Shown: positions 28,892 through 38,104 of the stretch, in pieces | How the letters are laid out: the number at the start of each line of letters is the position of its first letter | Numbering within the stretch: position 1 is the first letter of the stretch | Assembly (NCBI GenBank): GCA_965649295.1 | Contig: CBFGKH010000006.1 | Coordinates: 64,001-128,000 of the forward strand | Length of the DNA stretch: 64,000 nucleotides | DNA from: a candidate division WOR-3 bacterium | GTDB lineage: Bacteria; Hydrothermota; Tepidihabitantia; Tepidihabitantales; Tepidihabitantaceae | Direction: 5' to 3' | Notes under the pieces: model-generated | Database searches by the model: none | What the model was told of the DNA's origin: nothing | What the model saw: only the letters and a program-made list of their open reading frames with translations | Made by a program: the position numbers and the translations under genes

Positions 28892-30553
28892 CTAGAACCG
28901 AACGATTTTGGCAATTGCCACGGCCTGATTCGTCTCCGCCCGAATCACACTGACCCCAGCCGGAATCGGCGCTGGCAGCGCAAAACTGTGCTGCCCAGCC
29001 CCAAGCTCACCCGCGGCGATGTTCGCCAGCACTCGGCCATCAATGGCCACCAGTCGAATGGCAACGCTGGCATCCCTGGTCAGTTCCAGCTCAACCCTGC
29101 TGCCGCATACCCAGAGCTTCAGCTCCAAACGTTCTCCACTAGATTCCCTGCTGTTCCGAATTCCGGTCGCCGACGTGTCGTAGCAGACTGAGTCATAACC
29201 CACGACCACAAGCTGCATCGGCATCGAGTCCAGCTCAGGCATGGCCAGCGTGTCTTGGAGATACCAGCGAATCCAAGGCATCTCGGCCAGCATCGGCATC
29301 TGCGGCTCAGCACACACCGGTCGGTTGCCGAACACATCGAACGTCGAGAGAATCATGTCGTCCCCGCCGCCCAGCAGCGGCCACGAGTTCGAGTAGCCGG
29401 CAACCGCGTATCCGCCTCCTGCCATCTCCACCACTGGCAGCCCGACTTCATCATTCCGGCCCGGCCAGTATGGACTCGGATGCGACGAGCACCACATCGG
29501 CTGGCCATTCTGGTCGAGCTTGAGCAGGAGCAGATTCGCGTTCGGCACTCCCGGCCCAACACTTCGGGTCAGTCCGGTAACAGCGCTGCCACCATCCATT
29601 GTTGCGACCAGTTCTCGGTCAGCTAGTGCCTGCTCATCGCCCATCGGCCAGCCATAACTCCATGCCCAGACGAGACCACCCCCAAGCTGGAAGCAGGCAC
29701 TGAAGATGTCTGACACCTGTCCCGGTACCGTACCGAAGCTGTGCGTGTAGCCTGACACGAGAATCTGTTGCTGCTGGTCAACCGCAACCGACCAGGCTAC
29801 ATCATCACTGATTTCGCCCGGCACAATCGCCGCCCATTGCACCGCGCCCATCGGGTCGAGCTTCATCAGGAACGGGTCGTACTGACCTGGCCCAGTCGCC
29901 TTCAGCTTGCCCACGACCGCAAAACCCAAATCCGGCGTTTCGATAATCGAGTGACCGATATCCTCAATATGTTGCGGCACTCCCCAGTAGATTCGAAACC
30001 ACATCGGCCTTCCCATCGGGTCCAGCCGCAGGACAAAGATGTTCGGCATCGGGTTCGCACCGTAACTGGCGGTCCAGCCGGTAACCGCAAACCCACCATC
30101 ATGGGTCGCGCAGATTGAAAGTGCCTCTTCGTCGCCATAACCGCCATAGACCCTGCCCCACAGGAACGCACCGTTCGGCCCGAGCTTGATGACAAAGATG
30201 TTCTTGTTCGGCGTCCCGAATCCATAACTGCGGGTCCAGCCGCAGAGCACGTAGCCGTCTGGCACGCGCACCATCGAATAGGCTTCGTCATCAAGGAGCC
30301 CAACCGACACCGCTGCCCAAACTGGATTACCAAGCGGGTCGGTTTTGACCACAGCGACGTTCGAGTTCTGCGGCACCCCCGGGCCAAAGCTCCTTGTCCA
30401 TCCCCCAAGGCAGAACCCATTGTCCACGCCTTCCACCAGGGCATACGCCCGTTCATTCATCGCTCCGCCATAGAGACGAACCGGAAAAGTCTGACCGACC
30501 GTAACTCCTACCAGCCCAGCGACCAGACACCCGCCCACTACGAAATGTTTCAT
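28892..30553 (-). CDS. Beta-propeller repeat protein with C-terminal sorting-like domain
   Basis: Repeats DGGFAVTGWTxSYG..IFVLKLDxxGxxxW; GGAGG RBS before ATG 30553. Confidence 0.82.
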   Translation of the reverse strand: MKHFVVGGCLVAGLVGVTVGQTFPVRLYGGAMNERAYALVEGVDNGFCLGGWTRSFGPGVPQNSNVAVVKTDPLGNPVWAAVSVGLLDDEAYSMVRVPDGYVLCGWTRSYGFGTPNKNIFVIKLGPNGAFLWGRVYGGYGDEEALSICATHDGGFAVTGWTASYGANPMPNIFVLRLDPMGRPMWFRIYWGVPQHIEDIGHSIIETPDLGFAVVGKLKATGPGQYDPFLMKLDPMGAVQWAAIVPGEISDDVAWSVAVDQQQQILVSGYTHSFGTVPGQVSDIFSACFQLGGGLVWAWSYGWPMGDEQALADRELVATMDGGSAVTGLTRSVGPGVPNANLLLLKLDQNGQPMWCSSHPSPYWPGRNDEVGLPVVEMAGGGYAVAGYSNSWPLLGGGDDMILSTFDVFGNRPVCAEPQMPMLAEMPWIRWYLQDTLAMPELDSMPMQLVVVGYDSVCYDTSATGIRNSRESSGERLELKLWVCGSRVELELTRDASVAIRLVAIDGRVLANIAAGELGAGQHSFALPAPIPAGVSVIRAETNQAVAIAKIVRF

Positions 30554-30704
30554 CGAGACCTCCAGGTTACTCGCTATATGAGCCAAACAGACCACTGGCC
30601 GTCTGACAGCGGATTTGTTGACAGACACCTGTTCCACCTTCACCGCACTGTCTTCAGCACGATTCGTGCCCACAAGTGTCTGAGTGCCAACTCACGCAGC
30701 TACA

Positions 30705-30884
30705 GGGGTTGTACGTCTAGAGCGCCAAACAGCCCAGCTTCAGCCTGTCTCCTTTGGGCAACTATGAAGCCGAAGGGATACAGGTTCCTGACTAGGCCTT
30801 CTACCTTAATGCATCAGCTAACCCCTTCATAGAAGGGACGTTGGCGTCAGGGATCAATCCGCCAGCGCTTGGACTCATCACTCC
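30705..30884 (+). ncRNA. Candidate structured non-coding RNA, family unassigned
   Basis: Nested complementary segments in a gene-free gap; G-U pairs favour the + strand (see findings). Confidence 0.45.
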
Positions 30885-31065
30885 GGGGGTCACTCCCCCC
30901 ACCGGTACCGATGTCATGTTTAGGATAATGGCCGAGTCCAGTCGCGACTCGACTGCTAGAAGCAGAGGGGTGACCTGCTGCCGGCACAGCCGACAAGGGT
31001 CTGCCCGAACTACCATCCAGCCTTGACTATGGTTGTTTGCCCTGCTAGCCTGACACAAACCGGAG

Positions 31066-31773
31066 GTGACATTGCGCTACCTGTTCACGTTGCTGCCGCT
31101 AGTGTTCGTCCCGCTTCTTGTTACTGGCTGTGCATTCACAGTCGCTCAGTCACCGGAGACCGTTGCGCCGGGCCGAGTCTTCGCCGGTGGCCTCGCATCT
31201 TTTGGTTCTAACACCGGGGCGGGTACCGTAAGACCACTGCTCGCTGGTTCGGAGCTCGGCGTCTATGGCCGCGCCGGCCTGGCTCGAAACCTTGATGCCG
31301 GTGTCAGATTGTCTATCCCAGCCGGACTGGGCGCTGACATCAAGTATGCGCTGCTCAGCCGACGTCAACGGCTGGCTGTCGGCATTGGTGCATCGTTTCT
31401 GCCCTGGGTGGTTCCGCCGCTAGTGGACAGCAGCAGACGAATGTCAGTCGGCATCTACCCACTCCTTGTCGGTGGCACGCCGAACCTGTTCGGCGGCGTG
31501 CGCGGCATCGGCCTTGTCCACTTCGACCGCGGCGCCTTGGCCCGCTACCATTACCTGGCCGGACCACAGGTCTTTCTAGGCACATCTTTGGGTCGGCGCC
31601 GAATTCGAGTACTCCCTGAGCTCCATGCCCACTGGCTTGCGCCGATAAAGAACGCCGACCCGCAGTTCGGCGTCGGCCTCGGCCTTGCCGTCCAGTACCA
31701 GCTCAAGGGCAGTCTCAAAGACTACCAGCGACTGCTCCCCAAGGCCGGCGACCTGCTCGACAAAGTCCGCTAG
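31066..31773 (+). CDS. Hypothetical lipoprotein / beta-strand-rich outer-membrane protein
   Basis: LVTG-C lipobox; QSPETVAPG..GRAGLARNLDAGVRL..GADIKY. Confidence 0.6.
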   Translation: MTLRYLFTLLPLVFVPLLVTGCAFTVAQSPETVAPGRVFAGGLASFGSNTGAGTVRPLLAGSELGVYGRAGLARNLDAGVRLSIPAGLGADIKYALLSRRQRLAVGIGASFLPWVVPPLVDSSRRMSVGIYPLLVGGTPNLFGGVRGIGLVHFDRGALARYHYLAGPQVFLGTSLGRRRIRVLPELHAHWLAPIKNADPQFGVGLGLAVQYQLKGSLKDYQRLLPKAGDLLDKVR

Positions 31774-31778
31774 CCAAC

Positions 31779-31815
31779 AAAAAGCCGACGGGAGAGCGGC
31801 GCTGCTCTCCCGTCG
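31779..31815 (-). terminator. Intrinsic terminator
   Basis: CGACGGGAGAGC/GCTCTCCCGTCG stem; A-run 31779-31783 gives a U-tail on the minus strand. Confidence 0.75.
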
Positions 31816-31832
31816 CGGCTTGGTGGTTCTTC

Positions 31833-32849
31833 TTACGGGGTTACCTCCATGAACACGAGCTGCAGATTGCTCGGACAATCCAGCACGACCGCAATCTTGT
31901 CGCCCGGTGTCGGAATGAAGCCATCACCGTTCTGCTGGGCATCATCCGCCATCGCCCGGGCTTCGGCATCGGTCGGATAGCCGCCATTGCCCAATAGATA
32001 CCAGATTGCTGCCTGAATATCCCAAAGCGTCGCGTTTGGATGTTTGTGGTTGAGTAGGTAGTTGACATTGTCCCAGCCGGCATTGCGGCAGCGCCGCGGA
32101 ATACCGGACTTGAGCGTTGACCAAGGCGTCACCTCATACCACGTGTTCGGATACATGTAGGTCGTCTGCTCCGCGCACCAGCCGTTCCAGTACCCGTCGT
32201 AGACGTCGTAGCCAGCAGGTACGCCGGCAAGCTGGAACCGCCAGTAGCTGTAGGAGCCGTTGGTGCTCCAGCCTCGCATCATCACCGTCGTCTGGGGCAG
32301 CGACGCATCCCGGTAGGCCGGATCAAATTCCGTCTTGAAGTAGCGCGAGAATGTCCCACCTGGGAAAGGATTCTGACCGGCCCAGGCTGCCCGCGCATCG
32401 AGGCCGGCCCGCTCGACCCGGGCATAGGCCGCAACGAAGAGTTTGGTGCCGACCGTCCACCACGCCTTCTTGGGCAGTCGGTATTGATAGTATGTCACTG
32501 GCGGATTGTGAGTGGTACGATGGTCGAACTGGTTGATGACCGGATTGCCACGGCGCTGCGGAATCCCAGCAAGGCTCGTGTCAACGTGCATGTTCGTATT
32601 GAGCATTCGCCAGCCGGCATTGACCTCATAGCGGACGAACAGCGATTCAGTCGTGTTCCAGACGATGACCCGGCCGATTGCGGTGTTGTTACTGATATAG
32701 AGTTGCTGAGTATCGGGTGCTGTCACCCAATACCACGCGGTGCTGGTCTCGTAGTCGGTTGGACTGGTCTCCCACAGCCGGTCGCAGCCGACAGTGAAGA
32801 AAGCCAGCACAACCGCTGCTGCGAACACCAGTAGTCTTGTGCGCTTCAT
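31833..32849 (-). CDS. Lipoprotein with putative Cys-Gln thioester domain (paralogue 2)
   Basis: GGGAGG RBS; lipobox FTVG-C; GWCAEQ, DIQAAIWYL, LQLVFME; the block NAGWDNVNYLLNxKHPNATLWDIQAAIWYLLGNGGYP is shared with 8386..9354. Confidence 0.72.
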   Translation of the reverse strand: MKRTRLLVFAAAVVLAFFTVGCDRLWETSPTDYETSTAWYWVTAPDTQQLYISNNTAIGRVIVWNTTESLFVRYEVNAGWRMLNTNMHVDTSLAGIPQRRGNPVINQFDHRTTHNPPVTYYQYRLPKKAWWTVGTKLFVAAYARVERAGLDARAAWAGQNPFPGGTFSRYFKTEFDPAYRDASLPQTTVMMRGWSTNGSYSYWRFQLAGVPAGYDVYDGYWNGWCAEQTTYMYPNTWYEVTPWSTLKSGIPRRCRNAGWDNVNYLLNHKHPNATLWDIQAAIWYLLGNGGYPTDAEARAMADDAQQNGDGFIPTPGDKIAVVLDCPSNLQLVFMEVTP

Positions 32850-32869
32850 CCTTCCTCCCTTTCTTGCCC

Positions 32870-33051
32870 ACATGTCCGCACCAGACGGCATGCAGGCTCA
32901 AACTAGCCGCTGTCTCGGCTGAAGATTCGGCAAAATTGATAGGACGGGACGAGCGCGCCAAACTGCGGGCTAGAACACCCCCCGGTTCAACTCAAGCCGC
33001 AGGGCCCAAGGCGCGTAACCCAAGCCGTCGCTCCTTCCGAAGCTCAGCCTC
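32870..33051 (-). ncRNA. Candidate structured 5' leader RNA (copy 2)
   Basis: GAGGCTGAGCTTC at 33051-33039 and CCGAATCTTCAGCCGAGACA at 32930-32911. Confidence 0.5.
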
Positions 33052-33057
33052 AGAATT

Positions 33058-33086
33058 ATTATAGTTGGAGTCACGGTTGTTGTCAA
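33058..33086 (-). promoter_or_regulatory. Consensus sigma70 promoter
   Basis: TTGACA-N17-TATAAT. Confidence 0.88.
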
Positions 33087-33130
33087 TCTCCTGCCGGCCG
33101 AACCCGAACAGACCGATTCGAACGCGAATG

Positions 33131-33871
33131 CTAGGGTGCGATAGCGCGCGCCACCAGCCGCGCCTGGGGCACATCCATCACGCAGCGAAACCCAAGCCAG
33201 GTCGAGCCACGCACATCCGGGTCAATGCCCCAACGAGTAGTTGTCCGGCAGAACGCAGCCGAGTTCTTGTAAGAACCGCCGCGAATGGTATTACCGAAAC
33301 CTTCCCACTGACTTGTCGTCAGCTCCCAAACATTGCCGGCCATATCCAGCGCTCCATACGGACTTGCACCCTGGGGAAAGATGCCGACCTCGCTTGGCAG
33401 GCTGATGTTTGCCTCACGGGAATTGCACCGGCCAGGCTCAAACTCATTGCCCCAGGGCCAGTTGCGACCATCTTCGCCGCGAGCGGCAAGCTCCCACTCG
33501 TCCTCAGTTGGCAGCCGCTTGCCGGCCCAGCGAGCATAGGCCTCGGCGTCACGGTATTTGATTCCGGAAACCGGCTGGTTGGGACGGTTGTAGCGCGGGT
33601 CACGCCAGCTCAGCGGCGGAGCGTGATTGGTGGCAGCGACGAATAAACCATACTGCTTGTTGGTAACAGGGCAACGGTCAATATAGAAGTCGCGCAGAAA
33701 GACCTGATGTGGTGGATGCTCGGTCCTGAAGATAGGATCGGCTGGCTCTTTGAGCATCTGCAGGATTTCAGCCACTGCCGCCTGAGTGATGCCCAGCAGG
33801 TAGCGACCGCCAGGCACCAGCACCGCCTCAGCATTGTCGCGGGTGTTCACTATCCTCGATGGTAGCGCCAT
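33131..33871 (-). CDS. FGE-sulfatase (SUMF1-like, C-type-lectin fold) domain protein
   Basis: FYIDRCPVTN, KRLPTEDEWELAARG, WPWGN, SPYGALDMAGNVWE, RGGSY, GFRCV; ATG 33871. Confidence 0.9.
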   Translation of the reverse strand: MALPSRIVNTRDNAEAVLVPGGRYLLGITQAAVAEILQMLKEPADPIFRTEHPPHQVFLRDFYIDRCPVTNKQYGLFVAATNHAPPLSWRDPRYNRPNQPVSGIKYRDAEAYARWAGKRLPTEDEWELAARGEDGRNWPWGNEFEPGRCNSREANISLPSEVGIFPQGASPYGALDMAGNVWELTTSQWEGFGNTIRGGSYKNSAAFCRTTTRWGIDPDVRGSTWLGFRCVMDVPQARLVARAIAP

Positions 33872-33923
33872 CCCAGCCCAATATAGCACAGCGCCGCCGA
33901 AGGTCAATAGCCTTGATGAACCG

Positions 33924-36173
33924 TCAGTCGGCGTCGCCAGCCACAAACCCGAGAATCGCCTCCGCTGCAGCTTTATCCATAGGTGAATTGTTGTCACCGC
34001 AACGCGGGGAGAGAATGCAGGCCGGGCAGCCATTATCGCAGGGACAGTTACGAACAAGGTCCAGACCGGTGCGAGTCCAACGGTGGAATTGAGCGAAAAG
34101 CTTCTCGGCTATACCGATGCCGTCCTCATAGCCATCATAGATAAAGATTGTCGGCAACCGATTCTGTGGGAAGAAACGGTAGCTCGTACCGCCGATGTCG
34201 CGAGGGTCGCACATCGCCACCAGCGGAGCAATGGCAATCAGCGCATGCTCGGCACCATGCAGCCCGCCACTAAAGTCGTGGCCTGACTCCTCAAGGCGTC
34301 GCGCAAAATCCTCGCTCAATTCGAGACATACCCCGCGGGTCTTGAATTCGACCGCGGGCAACTCAAGCGGGTGCGTGCTGAGAAGTTGGTCATAGCGCTT
34401 AACCCGATAGCCGACATAAGTCTCGCGGACCTGCAACTTGGTGTATGCCAGCTGGCAGCCGGCGATAGTATCATGTTCGGCGAGCCTTTCGAGCAGACTA
34501 AGCTCTTCGTGCTGGATGACGCTAGTATAGTAGTCAACGTCGGCCGGCACTGCCACAGCCTTCCTGGCCGCTAGGTCGAGCGAACTGACCAGATAGGTCT
34601 CACCCTGATGAAGAAGGACAGCCCCAGTGTGTGCTTCGCGACAAGCGCGAGCCAGGTCAAGCGTCTCAACAACCCGCCCCTCAACCACGACCTCGATGCC
34701 GTGCTCTGCAATAGCATCAAGCGCCACTTCTTCCTGCGGCCGGGTGCGGCCGGTATATATCCATCCGGCCGGTGTCGAACGCAATCGCAGTTGGTCTTCG
34801 AGTGCAGCAACCAACGGCATTTCTGCTGGGCCGACCTCATCGCCACGCAAAGGCAGCTCTGCCGCCGCGCAGAGCAAGTGGCCACTCCTAATATAGGGGT
34901 TCTCGGTGTCAATCACCGCGCTCTCAAACCGGCGGTCGAGCACCAGCTCCGGCCGCCGCAAGAAATACTGGTCAAGGGCACTCGGCATGCCGAAGAAGAG
35001 GACGAGCGAATCCTGAAGCTTGCGACCGGCGCGGCCAGCCTGCTGCCAGAACGACGCCAGCGAGCCGGGGTAACCGAAGACGATGATGCAGTCGAGTCCG
35101 CCGACATCAATTCCAAGCTCAAGTGCGCTGGTGGAAACGACCGCTGCCAGCTCACCAGCCGCGAGCGCCGCCTCGATGCGGCGACGGTCTTCTGCCAGAT
35201 AGCCAGCGCGGTATGGGGAAACCGCTAGCTCGGGCCGGCTCTCCCGTGCCCATCGAGATATCAGCTCGGCCTGACGCCGGGACTGAACAAAACAGATGGT
35301 CTGCAGCCCGGCCAGTGCGAAGTGAGTAACCAAACGCTGGGCCTGGGTATAGACCGATGATTCAGGATCGGCAAGCGGATTATAGAACGCTACAAAACCA
35401 CGACCGCGGGGCGAACTGTCGCTGTCAATACAACTGAACTCGAGACCAGTCAGCTTCTGGGCCAGCTCTTCGGGATTGGCAATTGATGCCGAGGCAAGGA
35501 TGAACTGCGGTTTCGCACCATAGCAGGCCGCAACCCGACGCAAACGCCAAATGAGCTGGGCAACGTTGCTGCCGAACACCCCCCGGTAGCGGTGAGCTTC
35601 GTCAATGATAACAAAACGGAGACCACGCCAGAATCGCTGCCATTGATAATGATAGGGAAGAATCTGATGCAGCTCATATGGATTGGAGAGCACCAGACGC
35701 GAACTGCGGCGAATTCCCGGACGTTTGTCAGCCGGCGTGTCGCCATCATAGACTGCCGGACGCAGAGGAATGCCGGCTGACCTCTCTAGCGTCTGCAAGA
35801 CCTTGAGCTGGTCATGCGTCACCGCCTTCATTGGATAGAGATACAACGCAGTTGCCTGCGGGTCGCGCCCCAACTTCTCCATGACCGGCAGGTTGAAACC
35901 AAGGGTCTTGCCCGAAGCAGTGCCGGTGGTAATGATGACGTTTCCACCACACCGACAGCGCTGTAGCAGCTCAACCTGGTGCCGGTAAAGCTTCGGCACG
36001 CCAATTGCGTCCAGATAACGCTGCAATTCTGCGGGCAGAGCTGGATTCGGTTCAGCGTACTCGGCCGTCCGGGCGGCCAATGGTTCAATGTGGACTAGCT
36101 GACCGCGATACCAGCCCGTACGTCGAAGTGCGTCGAGAACGGCAAGAATATCAGGCAAGGCGAGGCAGCCCAA
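33924..36173 (-). CDS. DEAH-box helicase with DUF1998 Cys-rich C-terminus (MrfA/SftH/Hrq1-like)
   Basis: TGTASGKT, IIDEAH, SASIAN, TSALELGIDVG, QQAGRAGR, CPCDNGCPAC. Confidence 0.92.
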   Translation of the reverse strand: MGCLALPDILAVLDALRRTGWYRGQLVHIEPLAARTAEYAEPNPALPAELQRYLDAIGVPKLYRHQVELLQRCRCGGNVIITTGTASGKTLGFNLPVMEKLGRDPQATALYLYPMKAVTHDQLKVLQTLERSAGIPLRPAVYDGDTPADKRPGIRRSSRLVLSNPYELHQILPYHYQWQRFWRGLRFVIIDEAHRYRGVFGSNVAQLIWRLRRVAACYGAKPQFILASASIANPEELAQKLTGLEFSCIDSDSSPRGRGFVAFYNPLADPESSVYTQAQRLVTHFALAGLQTICFVQSRRQAELISRWARESRPELAVSPYRAGYLAEDRRRIEAALAAGELAAVVSTSALELGIDVGGLDCIIVFGYPGSLASFWQQAGRAGRKLQDSLVLFFGMPSALDQYFLRRPELVLDRRFESAVIDTENPYIRSGHLLCAAAELPLRGDEVGPAEMPLVAALEDQLRLRSTPAGWIYTGRTRPQEEVALDAIAEHGIEVVVEGRVVETLDLARACREAHTGAVLLHQGETYLVSSLDLAARKAVAVPADVDYYTSVIQHEELSLLERLAEHDTIAGCQLAYTKLQVRETYVGYRVKRYDQLLSTHPLELPAVEFKTRGVCLELSEDFARRLEESGHDFSGGLHGAEHALIAIAPLVAMCDPRDIGGTSYRFFPQNRLPTIFIYDGYEDGIGIAEKLFAQFHRWTRTGLDLVRNCPCDNGCPACILSPRCGDNNSPMDKAAAEAILGFVAGDAD

Positions 36174-36212
36174 TCGCCGGCCGCCGGGGCGCTCTGATAG
36201 CGAACAAGCAGA

Positions 36213-37229
36213 TTAGGACTCGCGAGCAAACCAATGGTCAACTAGCGCAGTGAAGATGTTGACCAGACTCGCCACATCCTGCCGGTTGTGGTCAACAATC
36301 GGCTTTAGGTAGCCAGCATTACCGGTACGTAGATACTCGTAGTAGAACTCCGGTACATACTCGCCCGGCAGGTCAGTGTCGCGACTTTGACCAAGAATGC
36401 TCTGCTCAATGCTCGCGAGCGAGCAGGACTCAAGCTCAGCCTTCCAGGCCCGGCGGCAGAAGTGAAGCAGATCAAAGTGAACTGCCGGAGGGTTGAAACG
36501 CAACCCATAGTAGGCAGAACGACCGCCTAGGAACGGTACATCGAAGGATTTACCGTTGTAGGTCACGAGCACCGGATGGGCAGCTATCTGCCGGCCGACC
36601 TCATAGATTAGGGCGAGTTCATCAGAGAAGTCGCGCACGATATACTGATCAAGCTGGACCTCGTTCTCGCTCCTAATCTGAGCCAGCCCGGCGACAACCA
36701 CCGGCTGCCCGGCAAACAACCCCATCGTCTCAATGTCCAGAAAGAGAAAATCGGAGTCTGGATGCAGCCCCGAGAGTGAAAGTACGCTCGGGTCCGAACG
36801 CGAGAGCCGGGTGCCCAGCACTTCAGCCAGCTCGTCGGTACTACCCGACTCGATTAGTTCACGAATCCGCCTCGACTCGTCAGCAAAGCGGGGATGGCTC
36901 TCGAGCGAAGCCAGCGAGGCGAAGCCCTGTTCAATGAGCTTGGATTGTGTTTGCGACCGGATGCCGCGGACCAGCTCGGTCGCGCTCTGGAGTCGGGCGC
37001 GAGTCGCCCCTGGATCGGCACGACGGATGGCTGCCCGCAGAGTGTAGCTGAGTCGGAAGCAGGCCCCGTAGTCATTACGGATGATGCTACCCGGCAGCAC
37101 ATCGGCAAACTTCATCCCCTCATAATCACGGCGGAGCTGCTCCTTGTATGCCAGTATCGAATCGAACCGATGGCCGGAGTCAAACTCCTCCTCATCAGGA
37201 CGATAATCGTCTGGGTCAAAGCTCCGCAT
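36213..37229 (-). CDS. RNase_H_2 / YprB (MrfB-like) exonuclease
   Basis: FLDIETMGL, LVTYNGKSFDVPFL, HFDLLH, HNRQDV. Confidence 0.88.
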   Translation of the reverse strand: MRSFDPDDYRPDEEEFDSGHRFDSILAYKEQLRRDYEGMKFADVLPGSIIRNDYGACFRLSYTLRAAIRRADPGATRARLQSATELVRGIRSQTQSKLIEQGFASLASLESHPRFADESRRIRELIESGSTDELAEVLGTRLSRSDPSVLSLSGLHPDSDFLFLDIETMGLFAGQPVVVAGLAQIRSENEVQLDQYIVRDFSDELALIYEVGRQIAAHPVLVTYNGKSFDVPFLGGRSAYYGLRFNPPAVHFDLLHFCRRAWKAELESCSLASIEQSILGQSRDTDLPGEYVPEFYYEYLRTGNAGYLKPIVDHNRQDVASLVNIFTALVDHWFARES

Positions 37230-37363
37230 CGGCCCATTATACAGCGAAGAGCGACTGCCACCAAGCCATGTTAGCAGCAAAAGCTGTAGGTTGCAGACCG
37301 TGCCGGCACAGCCAAACGACAGTAGCCACCGTAACTAGACACTAGGCGATATTGATTGGTAGC

Positions 37364-37479
37364 TCAGGATTCGTTCTTCCGCGTGGGGCGAGTCAGCCGA
37401 ATCCTAAACCTTTTGCTGGCTAGATGGGCAGTCCAAGATTCGCTCTGGTGAGTCAGGCGAGCCAGCCGAATCCTGAACC
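37364..37479. repeat. Two tandem imperfect hairpin units downstream of tRNA-Lys
   Basis: GGCGAG(T/C)CAGCCGAATCCT(A/G)AACC at 37387-37410 and 37456-37479, each preceded by a complementary (G/A)GATTCG. Confidence 0.6.
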
Positions 37480-37493
37480 CTGTGTTCTTTGAA

Positions 37494-37566
37494 TGGGCCG
37501 TGCAGGATTCGAACCTGCGGCCACCGGATTAAAAATCAGGTGCTCTGCCAACTGAGCTAACGGCCC
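37494..37566 (-). tRNA. tRNA-Lys(TTT)
   Basis: Cloverleaf GGGCCGT..TTCGAAT..ACGGCCCA, anticodon TTT; one anticodon-stem mismatch; no encoded CCA. Confidence 0.93.
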
Positions 37567-37608
37567 TCTTGCAATTGTATGCCTCCGCCGGTTCGAGTCA
37601 AAAACCGA

Positions 37609-37694
37609 TGCCGGGAGCCGGATTCGAACCGGCACGGCCCCAAGAGGCCAAGGGATTTTAAGTCCCTTGCGTCTGCCAGTTTCGCCATCCCGGC
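37609..37694 (-). tRNA. tRNA-Leu(TAA)
   Basis: Cloverleaf with long variable arm, loop CTTAAAA. Confidence 0.95.
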
Positions 37695-37760
37695 GCAACC
37701 GGAAAGACCAGCGGTCAGCAAGAGTGTCATGGGAAATCGTCGGCACCCGCTAGCCAAGAA

Positions 37761-37832
37761 AGGCGGCTTCGGGATTTGCACCCGAGCATTGCGATTTTGC
37801 AGACCGCTGCCTTACTACTTGGCTAAGCCGCC
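37761..37832 (-). tRNA. tRNA-Cys(GCA)
   Basis: Cloverleaf, loop CTGCAAA, U73; atypical D- and T-loops. Confidence 0.9.
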
Positions 37833-37840
37833 CTGGGAAA

Positions 37841-37913
37841 AGCGGGAGACGAGATTTGAACCCGCGACCCCTACCTTGGCAAGGTAGTGCTCTACCAACT
37901 GAGCTACTCCCGC
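37841..37913 (-). tRNA. tRNA-Gly(GCC)
   Basis: GCGGGAG acceptor stem, loop TTGCCAA. Confidence 0.96.
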
Positions 37914-37921
37914 ATCGAACG

Positions 37922-37994
37922 CGGCCCCAACGGGAGTCGAACCCGTGTCTTCACCTTGAAAGAGTGATGTCCTGAACCGCTAGACGATGGGGCC
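37922..37994 (-). tRNA. tRNA-Glu(TTC)
   Basis: GGCCCCA acceptor stem, loop CTTTCAA. Confidence 0.95.
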
Positions 37995-38066
37995 CATCAC
38001 CCTTCCGGGATTCGCTCCCGGATAACCGAAACTTCTCTTCCGAAGCCGGTTGCCGCTTCGGCAAGT

Positions 38067-38095
38067 AATTTAGCGAATCAAGTGGCTAAAGTCAA
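38067..38095 (-). promoter_or_regulatory. Promoter of tRNA operon
   Basis: TTGACT-N17-TAAATT. Confidence 0.6.
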
Positions 38096-38104
38096 CCGCC
38101 GGCG

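Noticed and set aside
30800..30830. c-di-AMP (ydaO) riboswitch suggested by TCAGCTAACCCC
   Set aside because: The other conserved blocks (GCTGAATCC, GGAACC, GGGGTGAATC) are missing.
33131..33871. FGE/C-type-lectin-fold gene as a diversity-generating retroelement target
   Set aside because: No reverse transcriptase and no template-repeat copy of its 3' end seen in the window.
33131..37229. Helicase-nuclease-FGE trio as a new defence system (DISARM/Druantia-like)
   Set aside because: The pair matches housekeeping MrfAB-type repair, no methylase or other defence genes are adjacent, and the FGE gene has its own promoter.
37364..37566. Integrated element or CRISPR at tRNA-Lys
   Set aside because: Only two 24-nt units, no duplicated tRNA 3' end, no integrase or cas genes; more likely terminator or processing hairpins.
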